NCBI GenBank assembly: GCA_025054795.1
Contig: JANWZU010000162.1
Location: 1 to 27,733, forward strand
Reading direction: 5' to 3'
DNA from: Candidatus Caldarchaeum sp.
GTDB lineage: Archaea > Thermoproteota > Nitrososphaeria_A > Caldarchaeales > Caldarchaeaceae
Length of the DNA stretch: 27,733 nt
Shown: positions 7,603-16,867 of the stretch, piece by piece
How the letters are laid out: every line of letters starts with the position of its first letter
Position numbering within the stretch: the stretch's first letter is position 1
Notes under the pieces: model-generated
The model's database searches: none
Told to the model about the DNA's origin: nothing
What the model saw: only the letters and a program-made list of their open reading frames with translations
Translations under genes and position numbers: made by a program

Positions 7603-8577
7603 TTAAAGCCGCTCTTGGAACCTGTCTTCTGAAAGTTTTCGCAGCTCCTCCTCAACCCTAACCCAACAGCTTTCATCGTTAATGCTGTAGACCATTCCAG
7701 GTTTCTGCACCAGATGTCCTGTTTCGACGAGGAAGTCGAGGTGGGAGAGTGTTTCGAGGAAGGCCAGCCATTTGTCGAAGGGCGTGAGTTGTGAGAAGTT
7801 TCCCTTAGACCATTTTATCTCTTGAGCGATTTCCAGAGCTGTTTCTAGCCCGTTTTCAACAGCCCTCGAAACCTCCCTAAGCCTTTGGCGGTGATGGGCG
7901 TAGATTTCAGCCACTCTCTGTCGACAGTCCTTGAGCAGAGGACCGTGCGACGTGGCCAGTAAGCTCAGCTTCATCTTAGTTAGCCTCGTGAGGTTCTTCA
8001 AGTACTCCGTTAATGGGTGGTAGTTGTCGAATGGTATGTATGCGACATTTGAAGTGTCTTCTTGGAGAATCAGGTCGCCCGTGATGCCGACCTCCTCACC
8101 CACGACTATCATGTGGCCTGCTGTGTGGCCGGGCGTGTGAATGAGCCGCCATTCTCCGAAACGCAGGCCGTCGACGGCGAATTCGTCGGGGCTCGGAATG
8201 CTGCGTGCATACTCGAGGAACTTCTCCAAGACCTGTAGACCAGACTCTTTGAAGACTTTAGTAAACCACGGCTTTGCCCCGAGCAGCTTGCTAATTGTCT
8301 GAAATTCTCTCTCGTGATAAATTAGCGTCGTTGATTTTGCTGTTTTTACTGCTTGAGCTCCTCCTGAGTGGTCTATGTGGAGGTGTGTTAGCAGAATGGA
8401 TTGTATCCGGTGTTTGTCGAGGGCTTTCAGCAGATGTTTGGCCGTCTGAGGGTATCCAGCGTCTACGAGGATGTAGCTGTCTCCGTGAGGAAGAAGGAAG
8501 CATCGCACAGGCTTCTCCACATCCCTGTCCAGCTCTATCGCCTCAACTCCCTCCTTTATCTCCCAGATTTCAGCCAA
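7603..8577 (-). CDS. MBL-fold metallo-hydrolase with probable C-terminal winged-helix-like domain
   Basis: VDAG, THLHIDHSGG (HxHxDH), TPGHTAGH, TGDLI, SHG motifs. Confidence 0.85.
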   Translation of the reverse strand: MAEIWEIKEGVEAIELDRDVEKPVRCFLLPHGDSYILVDAGYPQTAKHLLKALDKHRIQSILLTHLHIDHSGGAQAVKTAKSTTLIYHEREFQTISKLLGAKPWFTKVFKESGLQVLEKFLEYARSIPSPDEFAVDGLRFGEWRLIHTPGHTAGHMIVVGEEVGITGDLILQEDTSNVAYIPFDNYHPLTEYLKNLTRLTKMKLSLLATSHGPLLKDCRQRVAEIYAHHRQRLREVSRAVENGLETALEIAQEIKWSKGNFSQLTPFDKWLAFLETLSHLDFLVETGHLVQKPGMVYSINDESCWVRVEEELRKLSEDRFQERL

Positions 8578-8672
8578 CCCGGCTCTACTACCCGAGCCAT
8601 CATTTAAGCCTCAGCCCATTTTCAGCCAACTCTCAATCTTTAATGCCGCCGCTAGACGTATGACGACGGGGT

Positions 8673-9824
8673 ATGCCGGTCTTCAAGAGCGAGGAAAAAC
8701 TCTCCCCCGAGTACGTGCCTGAGAAGCTGCTTTACCGGGAGAACGAGCTCAAGCTTCTCAAGTCGTTTTTCTCCTCCCTTTTGAATGAGGCTAATCCTTT
8801 CCAAGTTAGGGTGTTTATAACGGGCGCAGTGGGAACCGGTAAGACGAGTCTGGCGAAGCTTTTTGGAACCGGCTTCGAGCGTGAATCTAGATCTTTGGGC
8901 AGAAAGGTCAGGTTCGCCTACGTCAACTGCAGGATCAACAAATCGCTCTACACGGTTTTGAGAAGGACGGTTGAGCAGCTGGGCTTAGACCTTCCGAGAA
9001 GAGGATACTCCGACGAAGAGGTTTTCGAGGTTCTCGCCAAGTTTCTCCGCTCAAGCGGCCTTCGTCTAATCCTCTGCCTCGACGAGGTTGAGGCCCTGAT
9101 CTCTGAAGAGGGAGGCGAGGCGGTTTATTTCCTGACTAGGATGGGGGAGGGCGTTGAGGAGGCGGGGTTGGTTTCGTTGATGTTGATTTTCCGTGAGCCT
9201 GACTTCCTCGAAAGGCTCGACACCCCTACCCTCAGCGGCATGGGTGGGAACAACATACACCTGAGCGAGTACGACTACACGCAGCTTCTTGAGATTCTGC
9301 GGTACAGGGCTGAGGAGGCTTTCAACAGAAACGCCTTGGGCGATGAGGTGCTGGAATTCATAGCGCAGGCAGCCGCCGAGAGGAAAGACGCAAGATACGC
9401 CATAGACATCCTCTGGCGTTCAGGAAAGTATGCAGAGGCCGACGGAAGCTCAACAGTCGAAGCTGAGCATGTTAGGAAAGCTCTGGCCAGCGTATACCCG
9501 ACTATAAGGAGAGAGAACCTTGCTTATCTTTCGAAAGACGAGAGAATTGTTCTGCTCGCATCGGCTCGAGGCTTAGCGGGCAACAGGACGGCCATCACAG
9601 CATCCGACCTTTTCCAGTACTACAAAGTTGTCTGCGAAGAGCTTAAGACGGAGGCCAAGGGCTACACAACTTTCTGGGAGACTCTTCAACAGCTTCAAGA
9701 CCTAGGTTTTCTCAGGCTCAGCATACGGAGCGAAGGAGCTAGGGGGAGGAAAACATACATCTATCTTCCGGGAATACCTGTCCAGCTTCTCGAGAAAGAG
9801 CTGATGAAAGACGTCAACTTCTAG
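8673..9824 (+). CDS. cdc6: Orc1/Cdc6 replication initiator
   Basis: LSPEYVPEKLLYRE start, Walker A GAVGTGKT, VNCR, Walker B LDEVE, DARYAIDIL, C-terminal winged helix ending GRKT. Confidence 0.93.
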   Translation: MPVFKSEEKLSPEYVPEKLLYRENELKLLKSFFSSLLNEANPFQVRVFITGAVGTGKTSLAKLFGTGFERESRSLGRKVRFAYVNCRINKSLYTVLRRTVEQLGLDLPRRGYSDEEVFEVLAKFLRSSGLRLILCLDEVEALISEEGGEAVYFLTRMGEGVEEAGLVSLMLIFREPDFLERLDTPTLSGMGGNNIHLSEYDYTQLLEILRYRAEEAFNRNALGDEVLEFIAQAAAERKDARYAIDILWRSGKYAEADGSSTVEAEHVRKALASVYPTIRRENLAYLSKDERIVLLASARGLAGNRTAITASDLFQYYKVVCEELKTEAKGYTTFWETLQQLQDLGFLRLSIRSEGARGRKTYIYLPGIPVQLLEKELMKDVNF

Positions 9825-11055
9825 GCCTTTTGCGCCTGCTTACAACCTCGCCGCCTCTGAGATATTCAGCCTCGTCGTCTGTGAGGTTGAAAAACTTCAC
9901 AAGCTCCTCGCCGTCTGAGCTTATCAGTATCTTTAGATACGGCAGCATCTCAGTGCGGGCTTTTCTTCTAGACATGTGAAGAGCAGCGCCAATCTTGGCG
10001 CAAATCCTGTCCAGCTTCTCCCTCTCCGCCCTAACACGGCCAAAATATCTTATTCTGCTGGGAAAGCTAAACTTCACGTATTTGGCTGGGGGCTTTCTCC
10101 GAGATAAGGCCACTCCGGCGGTCATGAACGGGATGACGTAGCGTAGGAGACTCCATTTTTGCTTGACGTTTATTCTCTGTAGGAAGAGGTCGGCTTTGGA
10201 CAGATACTCCATCGAGTCCGCAAGCTCCTGCGGCGTGAGCTGGTCAGGAGCGTTGTCCAACACCCATGTTAAAAAGTCGGCGGGCTCCATCTCAAGGTTG
10301 TTGAAGGATTCCACGGCTTCCTCGAAGTTTTTTGAATGGAACACGTTAGCCAAAGCGTTGAATATCTCGCCTTTTCTGTAGCGCTCCGCCAGCCCCAAGC
10401 CCGAGCTTCCGGCAGAGGCCAGCATCTGGAGGTCGTTTATCGCAGAGCGGAGGTCGCCGTCGGAGTTCTCCGACACCTCCTTAACAACCTGCTCGGAAAG
10501 CTTGAGCTTCTCGGCTTGAGCTATCCTCCTTAGATGGGCCGTGATGCTGGGCTTTGGAATCCGTCTGAACTGTATCAGTAGTGCCTTCTCCCTCAGCGGC
10601 CCCAGCTTGGGGTCCCACGGGTCGTTGGCCACGAGCACTATAGGGGCCCTCGTCTCCTCTATTATCTGGATGAGTGCGGCCACGGCTCCCGAGTCGGAAC
10701 GAGCGTCTATTCCATCAACCTCGTCGACGAGAATTATTTTGTTCCGTGCCCCGGTTATCGAGGCTTGCGAGGATGCGGCGCCTACAATCCGCTCGATGTT
10801 CTCTCTTGTTCTGAAGTCGCTGGCGTTCATCTCGATCACCTCCCAACCGTTTTCGTTGGCGTAGGCGTGGACCAGCGAGGTCTTACCTACTCCTGCTGGG
10901 CCGTAGAGCATGGCAGCTTTCTTGACAGGTTTCTTTTTCAGCCATCCCTCAACCCAGCCGAGAAACTCGGTTATGGCATCCTTGTTGCCTACGACTTCGG
11001 AAACCTTGGACGGCCTGTACTTCTCCGTCCATGGGACGGTTGACTGTTGCGACAT
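9814..11055 (-). CDS. rfcL: Replication factor C large subunit
   Basis: WTEKYRP, GPAGVGKT, EMNASD, DEVDG, GDLRSAINDLQ. Confidence 0.93.
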   Translation of the reverse strand: MSQQSTVPWTEKYRPSKVSEVVGNKDAITEFLGWVEGWLKKKPVKKAAMLYGPAGVGKTSLVHAYANENGWEVIEMNASDFRTRENIERIVGAASSQASITGARNKIILVDEVDGIDARSDSGAVAALIQIIEETRAPIVLVANDPWDPKLGPLREKALLIQFRRIPKPSITAHLRRIAQAEKLKLSEQVVKEVSENSDGDLRSAINDLQMLASAGSSGLGLAERYRKGEIFNALANVFHSKNFEEAVESFNNLEMEPADFLTWVLDNAPDQLTPQELADSMEYLSKADLFLQRINVKQKWSLLRYVIPFMTAGVALSRRKPPAKYVKFSFPSRIRYFGRVRAEREKLDRICAKIGAALHMSRRKARTEMLPYLKILISSDGEELVKFFNLTDDEAEYLRGGEVVSRRKRPRS

Positions 11056-11058
11056 GTT

Positions 11059-12057
11059 TCAAACTCGTTTCATCAGGCTCAGCTTAGCTAGAAAAGCAAG
11101 CAGCTGAACCTCAGGTGTTCCACCCTCAGCTATGCGGTAGTCGGTCTCCCCCAAGAAGTCAATCAGCTTCATCTTATCCTCGTCCGAGACGTTTAGAGCT
11201 GTAATCTCCCTCGACATCGATGAAACTATGTCTTGAGGCTGGTGGCCGTCCAAGTAGATGAGGTTGCGCAGGAGTTCACGGGCTTCCGCAAACTTGCCGT
11301 CTAACGCCAGCTCGAGCATGCGTCTTACCTCTCCCCGGCTTACGAGCCCCATCACTTGGTAGACGGTTTTCTCATCGACCTTGCTAGAAAGAGCCGCCGC
11401 AGACTGGAGAATGTTGATAGCCTTTCTCATGTCGCCGACTGAGAAGTCGTAAACGGCTTTGACAGCCTCTTCGTCGAGGCTGAACCGCTCGGCCTCCGCT
11501 ATCTTTCTGAGCATTCGTCCCACGCTATCCAGAGTCAGGGGCTTGAACCTCAGCACAGCACATCTCGACTGTATGGGCTCGATTATTCGGTTGCTGTAGT
11601 TTGCGGCCAGAATAAACCTGCAAGTCGCCGAAAACTGCTCCATCGTCCTTCTGAAAGCATGCTGGGCGGCGTCGGTAAGCTGGTCGCTTTCGTCCAGCAG
11701 AAGAACCCTAAAACCCACGCCGCTGAAAGGCACCGTCCTAGCGAAGGTCTTTACCCTCTCACGGATAGTCTCGATGCCTCTTTCGTCCGATGCGTTGATC
11801 TCGACGAACAGACCGTCTTCTAGGTATCTCGGGCCGTACAGCTCTTGGGCGAATGCGTGGGCTGTTGCTGTCTTTCCCGTTCCGGGCGGGCCCGTGAAAA
11901 GCATGTGAGGCACGTTCTTTGAGGCCACAACGTTCTTTAGCGTGGCTACGACTTCGTCTTGGTTCACCACTTCATCCAGAGTCCGTGGCCTGTATTTCTC
12001 AACCCATGGAAGATGCGTGATGCTTGTCAAGAATTTTCCACCTTCATCAGTGCTCAA
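11059..12057 (-). CDS. rfcS: Replication factor C small subunit
   Basis: WVEKYRP, GPPGTGKT, EINASDERGI, LLDESD, IIEPIQSRC, GDMRKAINILQ. Confidence 0.95.
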   Translation of the reverse strand: MSTDEGGKFLTSITHLPWVEKYRPRTLDEVVNQDEVVATLKNVVASKNVPHMLFTGPPGTGKTATAHAFAQELYGPRYLEDGLFVEINASDERGIETIRERVKTFARTVPFSGVGFRVLLLDESDQLTDAAQHAFRRTMEQFSATCRFILAANYSNRIIEPIQSRCAVLRFKPLTLDSVGRMLRKIAEAERFSLDEEAVKAVYDFSVGDMRKAINILQSAAALSSKVDEKTVYQVMGLVSRGEVRRMLELALDGKFAEARELLRNLIYLDGHQPQDIVSSMSREITALNVSDEDKMKLIDFLGETDYRIAEGGTPEVQLLAFLAKLSLMKRV

Positions 12058-12788
12058 ATGTTAAAAATGTTTTTGGCGTTCTCCGTGGTCTTCTCCACAA
12101 CATTCTCGAAGGGAATTTTCTTGAGGCGGGCTATTGTCTCGGCTGATATCCTGATGTTCGACGGTGTGTTGACCACGCCTCGTTCGGGGCCTAGGACCGG
12201 GGCGTCGCTTTCTAGAAGCATGTTCTCAAGACCCACCCTCTTGACCAGCTTCTGCTTCTGCTCGGAACGTACGACAGAAGGGGGTATGGAGAAGAAAAAA
12301 CCTCTCTCAGCTCCTCTGACGGCTTCTCCGGCGGACCCGTCGAAGGCATGCATCACAACCCTCTCAGCCCCAGATTCGATCAGAACGTCCAGCGCATACC
12401 GGCCTGCACTCCGACTGTGGACGACGATGGGTAGGTCGAGCGTCTTTGCCAGCTCTATGAACTCTCTGAAAACTCTAACCTGAGTTTCACGGGTCTCCCT
12501 GCCTCCCCAGTAGTAGTCGAGCCCTACCTCGCCTACTGCAACTATCCTGTCTCTGCTGCGCATGATGAGTTCCATAACTTTCTCATAGTTTTCGAGGGCG
12601 TATGGCTCGATCCCCAGCGAGGCAAAAACATACTTTCTGTCGGCAACCTCCAACGCTTTCAAGCAATCCTCAAAACCAATACCCGAGGTAATCAAAGACG
12701 CTACTCCAGAAACCTTCGCCTCCTCAAGTATTCTGGAAAGGCTTCCGTAGAGAGGCTCCTCGGTCAAGTGGCAGTGTACGTCTATCAT
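12054..12788 (-). CDS. tatD: TatD family metal-dependent nuclease
   Basis: DVHCH, GEVGLDY, VHSR, MHAF, LESDAP; stop overlaps the rfcS start (TTGA). Confidence 0.9.
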   Translation of the reverse strand: MIDVHCHLTEEPLYGSLSRILEEAKVSGVASLITSGIGFEDCLKALEVADRKYVFASLGIEPYALENYEKVMELIMRSRDRIVAVGEVGLDYYWGGRETRETQVRVFREFIELAKTLDLPIVVHSRSAGRYALDVLIESGAERVVMHAFDGSAGEAVRGAERGFFFSIPPSVVRSEQKQKLVKRVGLENMLLESDAPVLGPERGVVNTPSNIRISAETIARLKKIPFENVVEKTTENAKNIFNI

Positions 12789-12826
12789 GCAGGTAAAATA
12801 CCGGCATTATCATTTATGTTTGAACT

Positions 12827-13132
12827 TTGCTGAGATGTGTTTGCGGTGTTGAGGTGTCAGGAGCGGGGGACCTGCTTTTCGTCAAAGACGTTGGAGGAGG
12901 TTTGAGGGCTAGGTGTAAAAACAGCTTCTGCAGGCTTGAGGAGTTGTTCGCCGTAGTTTTGTCGGACAAGATGGCGGAGGTCAGGTTTTCACCGATGTTC
13001 AGCAGCTTCAACCTGCTTTTCATGGGAAGCGATGCGTTGGAGGAGAGGCTGGAGAAACTGGTAGAGCAGGTTGTTGGATTTCTTTCAGGCGGAAAAACTT
13101 TAAAGACACGCATCACCTCCAAATGGAGATGA
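12827..13132 (+). CDS. Hypothetical protein with four Cys (CxC...Cx4C), possible Zn binding
   Basis: Fills the gap between tatD and the MBL gene and overlaps the next start; LRCVCG and RCKNSFC. Confidence 0.6.
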   Translation: MLRCVCGVEVSGAGDLLFVKDVGGGLRARCKNSFCRLEELFAVVLSDKMAEVRFSPMFSSFNLLFMGSDALEERLEKLVEQVVGFLSGGKTLKTRITSKWR

Positions 13133-13785
13133 CATACAGGTACAAAGATGTTGAAATCACGTGGCTAGGCCACGACGCCTACCTCATAAAAAAAGACAAA
13201 ACAATCTACATCGACCCCTACAAAATATCATCCGGCCCTCCAGCCGACATAGTTCTGATAACCCACGACCACTTCGACCACCTAAGCCTAGACGACCTGA
13301 AGAAGATTACGACCGACAAGACGACGATAGTTGCGGCTAAAAACTGCGAGCACGAGCTGAAGAAACTCGGTAAAGGAAATGTCAAATACGTTTCTCCGGG
13401 CGATTCTCTGCAGGTCGAAGGCGTTCAAGTCAAGGCGGTTCACGCCTACAACGTCAACAAGTTCCGTGAGCCCGGTAAAGTTTTCCATCCACGGGAGTAC
13501 GGCGGGGTAGGATACGTCGTGACCGTCGGAGGCGTTTCAATCTACCATGCAGGCGACACAGACTTCATCCCAGAGATGAAGGATGTCAAGGCGGACGTAG
13601 CGCTGCTGCCGGTCAGCGGCACATACGTCATGACGGCCTCGGAGGCTGTTGAGGCGGCCAACGTTCTGAAGCCAGCTGTAGCAATACCGATGCACTACGG
13701 AGCCATCGTCGGCTCGGAGAGGGACGCCGAACAGTTCAAAAGCCTTTACAAGGGCGAGACAGTCATCCTGAGGAAGCAGGGCTAG
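13123..13785 (+). CDS. MBL-fold metal-dependent hydrolase (UlaG/UPF0173-like)
   Basis: WLGHD, IDPY, THDHFDH, YHAGDT, PMHYG. Start is ATG 13123 or 13129. Confidence 0.88.
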   Translation: MEMTYRYKDVEITWLGHDAYLIKKDKTIYIDPYKISSGPPADIVLITHDHFDHLSLDDLKKITTDKTTIVAAKNCEHELKKLGKGNVKYVSPGDSLQVEGVQVKAVHAYNVNKFREPGKVFHPREYGGVGYVVTVGGVSIYHAGDTDFIPEMKDVKADVALLPVSGTYVMTASEAVEAANVLKPAVAIPMHYGAIVGSERDAEQFKSLYKGETVILRKQG

Positions 13786-13788
13786 GGC

Positions 13789-14235
13789 TTGGACTGCTCA
13801 GAGGGCCACGACTACGTCTACCACGGCGCATTAAACATATACATGAAGAATGAGCTTCTGAAAGTTGTTGAAGCCTGGCGTTGCAGACGCTGTGGAATTA
13901 TGCGTGTAGGCCTACGCGGTCCTGAAGTGTTGGGCAGCACGGAGGGCATGCTGCCCGAGCCAGAGCCTTCGAAGCACTGGGTTGTTCTTGTGTGCAAGGC
14001 GGGCGAGGAGCCTGTTTTTGATGTTCTGCAGGTCGGCGACTCCCAGCAGCTGGACCATAGATGCCCGGCTTTGAAGAGAGACATCGCCTTATACTATGTT
14101 AGGGCGAAGGGGGTTTTCGACGGCCTGGACGGGGCTCCTGCTGAAATGCACTTTGTCTACGAGCTCGGAAAAACCCTTCGAGGATATCTGGAGTTGGCCA
14201 AGACGCCGCCGGAAGTCGTTTCTCTAATCAGGTGA
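13789..14235 (+). CDS. Hypothetical Cys/His-containing protein, possible Zn finger
   Basis: Starts 3 nt after the previous stop; CSEGH...CRRC pattern. Confidence 0.6.
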   Translation: MDCSEGHDYVYHGALNIYMKNELLKVVEAWRCRRCGIMRVGLRGPEVLGSTEGMLPEPEPSKHWVVLVCKAGEEPVFDVLQVGDSQQLDHRCPALKRDIALYYVRAKGVFDGLDGAPAEMHFVYELGKTLRGYLELAKTPPEVVSLIR

Positions 14236-14637
14236 AAAACCTTCGGGAACTCGTGAAACATGCTCGTGGACTATCTTCCACCGGCCGTCCACCTTCTTCA
14301 GAACCATGCTGCATCTCACAGTCGAGTCAACCATACGGCCCTCGAAGGCGTAGTTGTTGACAGCCATGCCCCTGTACCTCATGACAAACGCAGCAACTGC
14401 AACGTCTCCCAAAACTGAGACCGAAGGCTCCGTCATCCTGTAGTCGAAGTCGATTAACTCGGTCATCAAGCTGAGCTTCAGCTTGACCGCTTCCTCCCTG
14501 CTCTGAAGCCTGAACGGCGGTAAGTCGCTGAACCTCGTGTAGCTGAGGTCATGTAGGTCGAGGAGCTCGTCGGCTAAGCCGTTTTTCGAAAGCTCGAACG
14601 ATTGTTTTATAGTTTTGACTACTTTATCAGCCTCCAT
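14224..14637 (-). CDS. SnoaL-like / NTF2-fold protein
   Basis: GDVAVAAF..RCSMVLKKVDGRWKIVHEHVS is typical of SnoaL/DUF4440/YybH proteins. ATG 14637 chosen (TTG 14640 possible). Confidence 0.8.
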   Translation of the reverse strand: MEADKVVKTIKQSFELSKNGLADELLDLHDLSYTRFSDLPPFRLQSREEAVKLKLSLMTELIDFDYRMTEPSVSVLGDVAVAAFVMRYRGMAVNNYAFEGRMVDSTVRCSMVLKKVDGRWKIVHEHVSRVPEGFSPD

Positions 14638-14893
14638 CAATCTTTACCTCGCCGTTGAGTATTTTCTGCTGAAGCTCCAGCTGGAGCGAAGCAAGCTCCT
14701 CTTTTGAAACTCCCTGTTTGACGAGGGCATCGAGGTCTTCTTCAACAACCGAAGCACTGACGTTGGGCCCTCCAACGCTTTGGTAGACCACTCCTTCAAA
14801 CCTAGCAGCTATACCTCTCCAGACAACCCTACCTCTGAAAACCTTGAAAGGATACTCTCCCTCAACGTTTTCAACAACCACTTCCTGAATCAA
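14627..14893 (-). CDS. Hypothetical protein
   Basis: Overlaps both neighbours (TTGA coupling with the upstream gene); globular composition. Confidence 0.6.
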   Translation of the reverse strand: MIQEVVVENVEGEYPFKVFRGRVVWRGIAARFEGVVYQSVGGPNVSASVVEEDLDALVKQGVSKEELASLQLELQQKILNGEVKIDGG

Positions 14894-15303
14894 GATATAC
14901 CAGACTCCTTCAGCTTCTTGATGAACGCTTCGACCAGGCTTTTTCTCTCGTTGTTCAAGGGCATTCGGGAAGCCCAGTCCTGCAGGTGAGTTGTTATTCT
15001 TTGAACGAAGTTTTCTACGTCCCGTATGTTTTTCAGAGCTGCCGAGGGGATGGATGAAAGAGGTATTTCGGCGACCGATGTCTGCATGAAGGGTCCGAAC
15101 TCGTCTCTGGAAAGCTTGACGGCCACCACTTTTCCGTCCTCAAGCATGTACGTGACTCCAGCTAGGCTCGAAACCTCCAAACCCCATTCAATTCCAGCGG
15201 GCGAGAAAGGAAGAAGGGATTCAAGCAGCTTGTAGAGGTTGTCATCCGTAGGCGAGCGCCTAGCTTCCTCGTAGGTTTTGCAGAACCGCTCGACCGGGTC
15301 CAT
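14890..15303 (-). CDS. Hypothetical protein
   Basis: Open frame. Start set at ATG 15303 (MDPVERF) because ATG 15384 collides with the divergent gene start and a TATTTAGA box lies about 25-32 nt upstream of 15303. Confidence 0.6.
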   Translation of the reverse strand: MDPVERFCKTYEEARRSPTDDNLYKLLESLLPFSPAGIEWGLEVSSLAGVTYMLEDGKVVAVKLSRDEFGPFMQTSVAEIPLSSIPSAALKNIRDVENFVQRITTHLQDWASRMPLNNERKSLVEAFIKKLKESGIS

Positions 15304-15382
15304 AACAAGCTCTGGGGCCTTGGCCGTCTCTAAATACCTTTTGCCTGCAAAAACACTTAGCGGAGTAGGTTGATGCAAAACC

Positions 15383-15829
15383 ATGCGAGCGGCTGAGAGA
15401 GTTGCAAAGAGGTTTTTTCCTCAGGGTTTCACCGACAGGGAGAGGGCTGTTTTTGAGGCGGGCATAGCACTAGGAGCGATAGTCCACACGGTTGCTGGTT
15501 TTCCAGTGTCGGGCGAAGTGAAGCATTTCATAGAGAGAGCTGTTGAGAGAAGCTTCCTCCTCCAGCCCTACAGAAGAAAAGTGAAGCTGAGGATAAAACC
15601 ACGGGTACGAAAAGCAGGCCTATACAGGTACGGCACAGTAGACCCAGAGGACTTGGATGTTGAGGTGGAGGTTGCATACGGCGAATACGTCGTCGCCGCT
15701 AGGATGAGCTACGTAAACAGCTTGAAGTATCCTTTGATGTACGTTTCTAAAATCACTCAGAGAAGAGGCGGCTCCTCTCCTCATCCATATACTGGGATTC
15801 GACGGGCAAAAGCTCGCCGTAGAGCCTGA
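15383..15829 (+). CDS. mptD: Archaeal dihydroneopterin aldolase (MptD/DUF381 family)
   Basis: [26 protein letters not shown] and YPLMYV match my recollection of the DUF381 consensus. Confidence 0.78.
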   Translation: MRAAERVAKRFFPQGFTDRERAVFEAGIALGAIVHTVAGFPVSGEVKHFIERAVERSFLLQPYRRKVKLRIKPRVRKAGLYRYGTVDPEDLDVEVEVAYGEYVVAARMSYVNSLKYPLMYVSKITQRRGGSSPHPYTGIRRAKARRRA

Positions 15830-16865
15830 GCTGCTGGTGGCTGAGACTCTTAGGAAGCACCAGCTTAATCCTAACTTCGAGGTCTCCTCGTCGGCCGTTC
15901 CTCATAGGCAGACCCCTCCCCCTGAAGACCACCGGCGTCTCGAGGTTCTCCCTCCTCAGCTTAATCTTTAGAGGACCGTCGAAGGACTTGACCGACACCT
16001 CTCTGCCCGCCGCAACCTCGCTTGGAGAAACGGGCAGGTGCATTACCAGCGTGTCGCCGTCTAGGCTGAACTGCTTGCCCAGATTTATCCTAAACCGGAC
16101 AACCAAGTCTCCCCTTCTTCCAACCTCATGGTCGTAGAGCCCCTTCTCCCTTATGACGACAGAGTCTCCGTCAGCAACGCCTGCGGGCACTTCGACTACT
16201 ACTTTCTCAGTTTTCTCAACGGCCCCCAGCCCTCTGCAAGCCGAACACGCCTTCCTCACGACTTTGCCAGTTCCCCTGCATCTGCTACATGTAGTGACCG
16301 AGGTGAAGTACATGAATCCAGTCTGAACACGTTCGACCTTCTGTCCTGTGCCGTTGCAAGCGCTGCATCTGTCAACGTGTCCGGGCTCTCCGCCTGTGCC
16401 GCCGCATCTGCCGCATGTTTGAGCCGTTGTTATGGGAACCTCCTTCCTAGCGCCCGTCAGAACCTCTTTCAAACTTAACTCGGCCTCGACGTATGTTGGG
16501 GAAGGCTGCTGAGGCCTTCTGCGGAAACCGAAGAACCGCTCGAAAATCGAGTCGAACCCTCCGAGGCCGAGGTCTCTGAACAACTCGTCGAAGTCGAACC
16601 AAGTGGACCGGAACAGGTCCTCCGTGCTGTATGTCCTTGAAACACCGGCCTGCCCGTACATGTCGTAGAGCTTCCTCTTTTCATCGTCCACCAGCACGGC
16701 GTAGGCTTCGCTTATCTCTTTGAACTTCTCCTCGGCCTCGGGTGATTTGTTTCTGTCGGGATGGTACTGGAGAGCCAGCTTTCTGTAGGCTCTCTTTATC
16801 TCCTCCTTGGTTGCGTTGCGGGGAACGCCGAGAATCTCATAATAGTCTTTTCCGTCAGCAGGCAT
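15753..16865 (-). CDS. dnaJ: Chaperone DnaJ
   Basis: J domain with HPD, G/F region, four CxxCxGxG repeats, GDLVV/GDLEV C-terminal domains. Confidence 0.96.
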   Translation of the reverse strand: MPADGKDYYEILGVPRNATKEEIKRAYRKLALQYHPDRNKSPEAEEKFKEISEAYAVLVDDEKRKLYDMYGQAGVSRTYSTEDLFRSTWFDFDELFRDLGLGGFDSIFERFFGFRRRPQQPSPTYVEAELSLKEVLTGARKEVPITTAQTCGRCGGTGGEPGHVDRCSACNGTGQKVERVQTGFMYFTSVTTCSRCRGTGKVVRKACSACRGLGAVEKTEKVVVEVPAGVADGDSVVIREKGLYDHEVGRRGDLVVRFRINLGKQFSLDGDTLVMHLPVSPSEVAAGREVSVKSFDGPLKIKLRRENLETPVVFRGRGLPMRNGRRGDLEVRIKLVLPKSLSHQQLRLYGELLPVESQYMDEERSRLFSE

Positions 16866-16867
16866 GG

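Noticed and set aside
8578-8672. Canonical replication origin next to cdc6
   Set aside because: No ORB or mini-ORB consensus, no G-string, no AT-rich unwinding element, only 95 nt. The direct repeat is reported separately.
9814-9900. PIP box or NLS at the RfcL C-terminus (ELVKFF, RRKRPR)
   Set aside because: No Gln for a QxxLxxFF PIP box; short basic tails are common and an NLS has no meaning in an archaeon.
8673-12057. Inteins in cdc6 or RFC
   Set aside because: Protein lengths are normal and Walker motifs are uninterrupted.
15304-15384. Longer start for the 14890 gene, head-to-head overlap with mptD
   Set aside because: It would leave no promoter space; ATG 15303 has a suitably spaced TATA.
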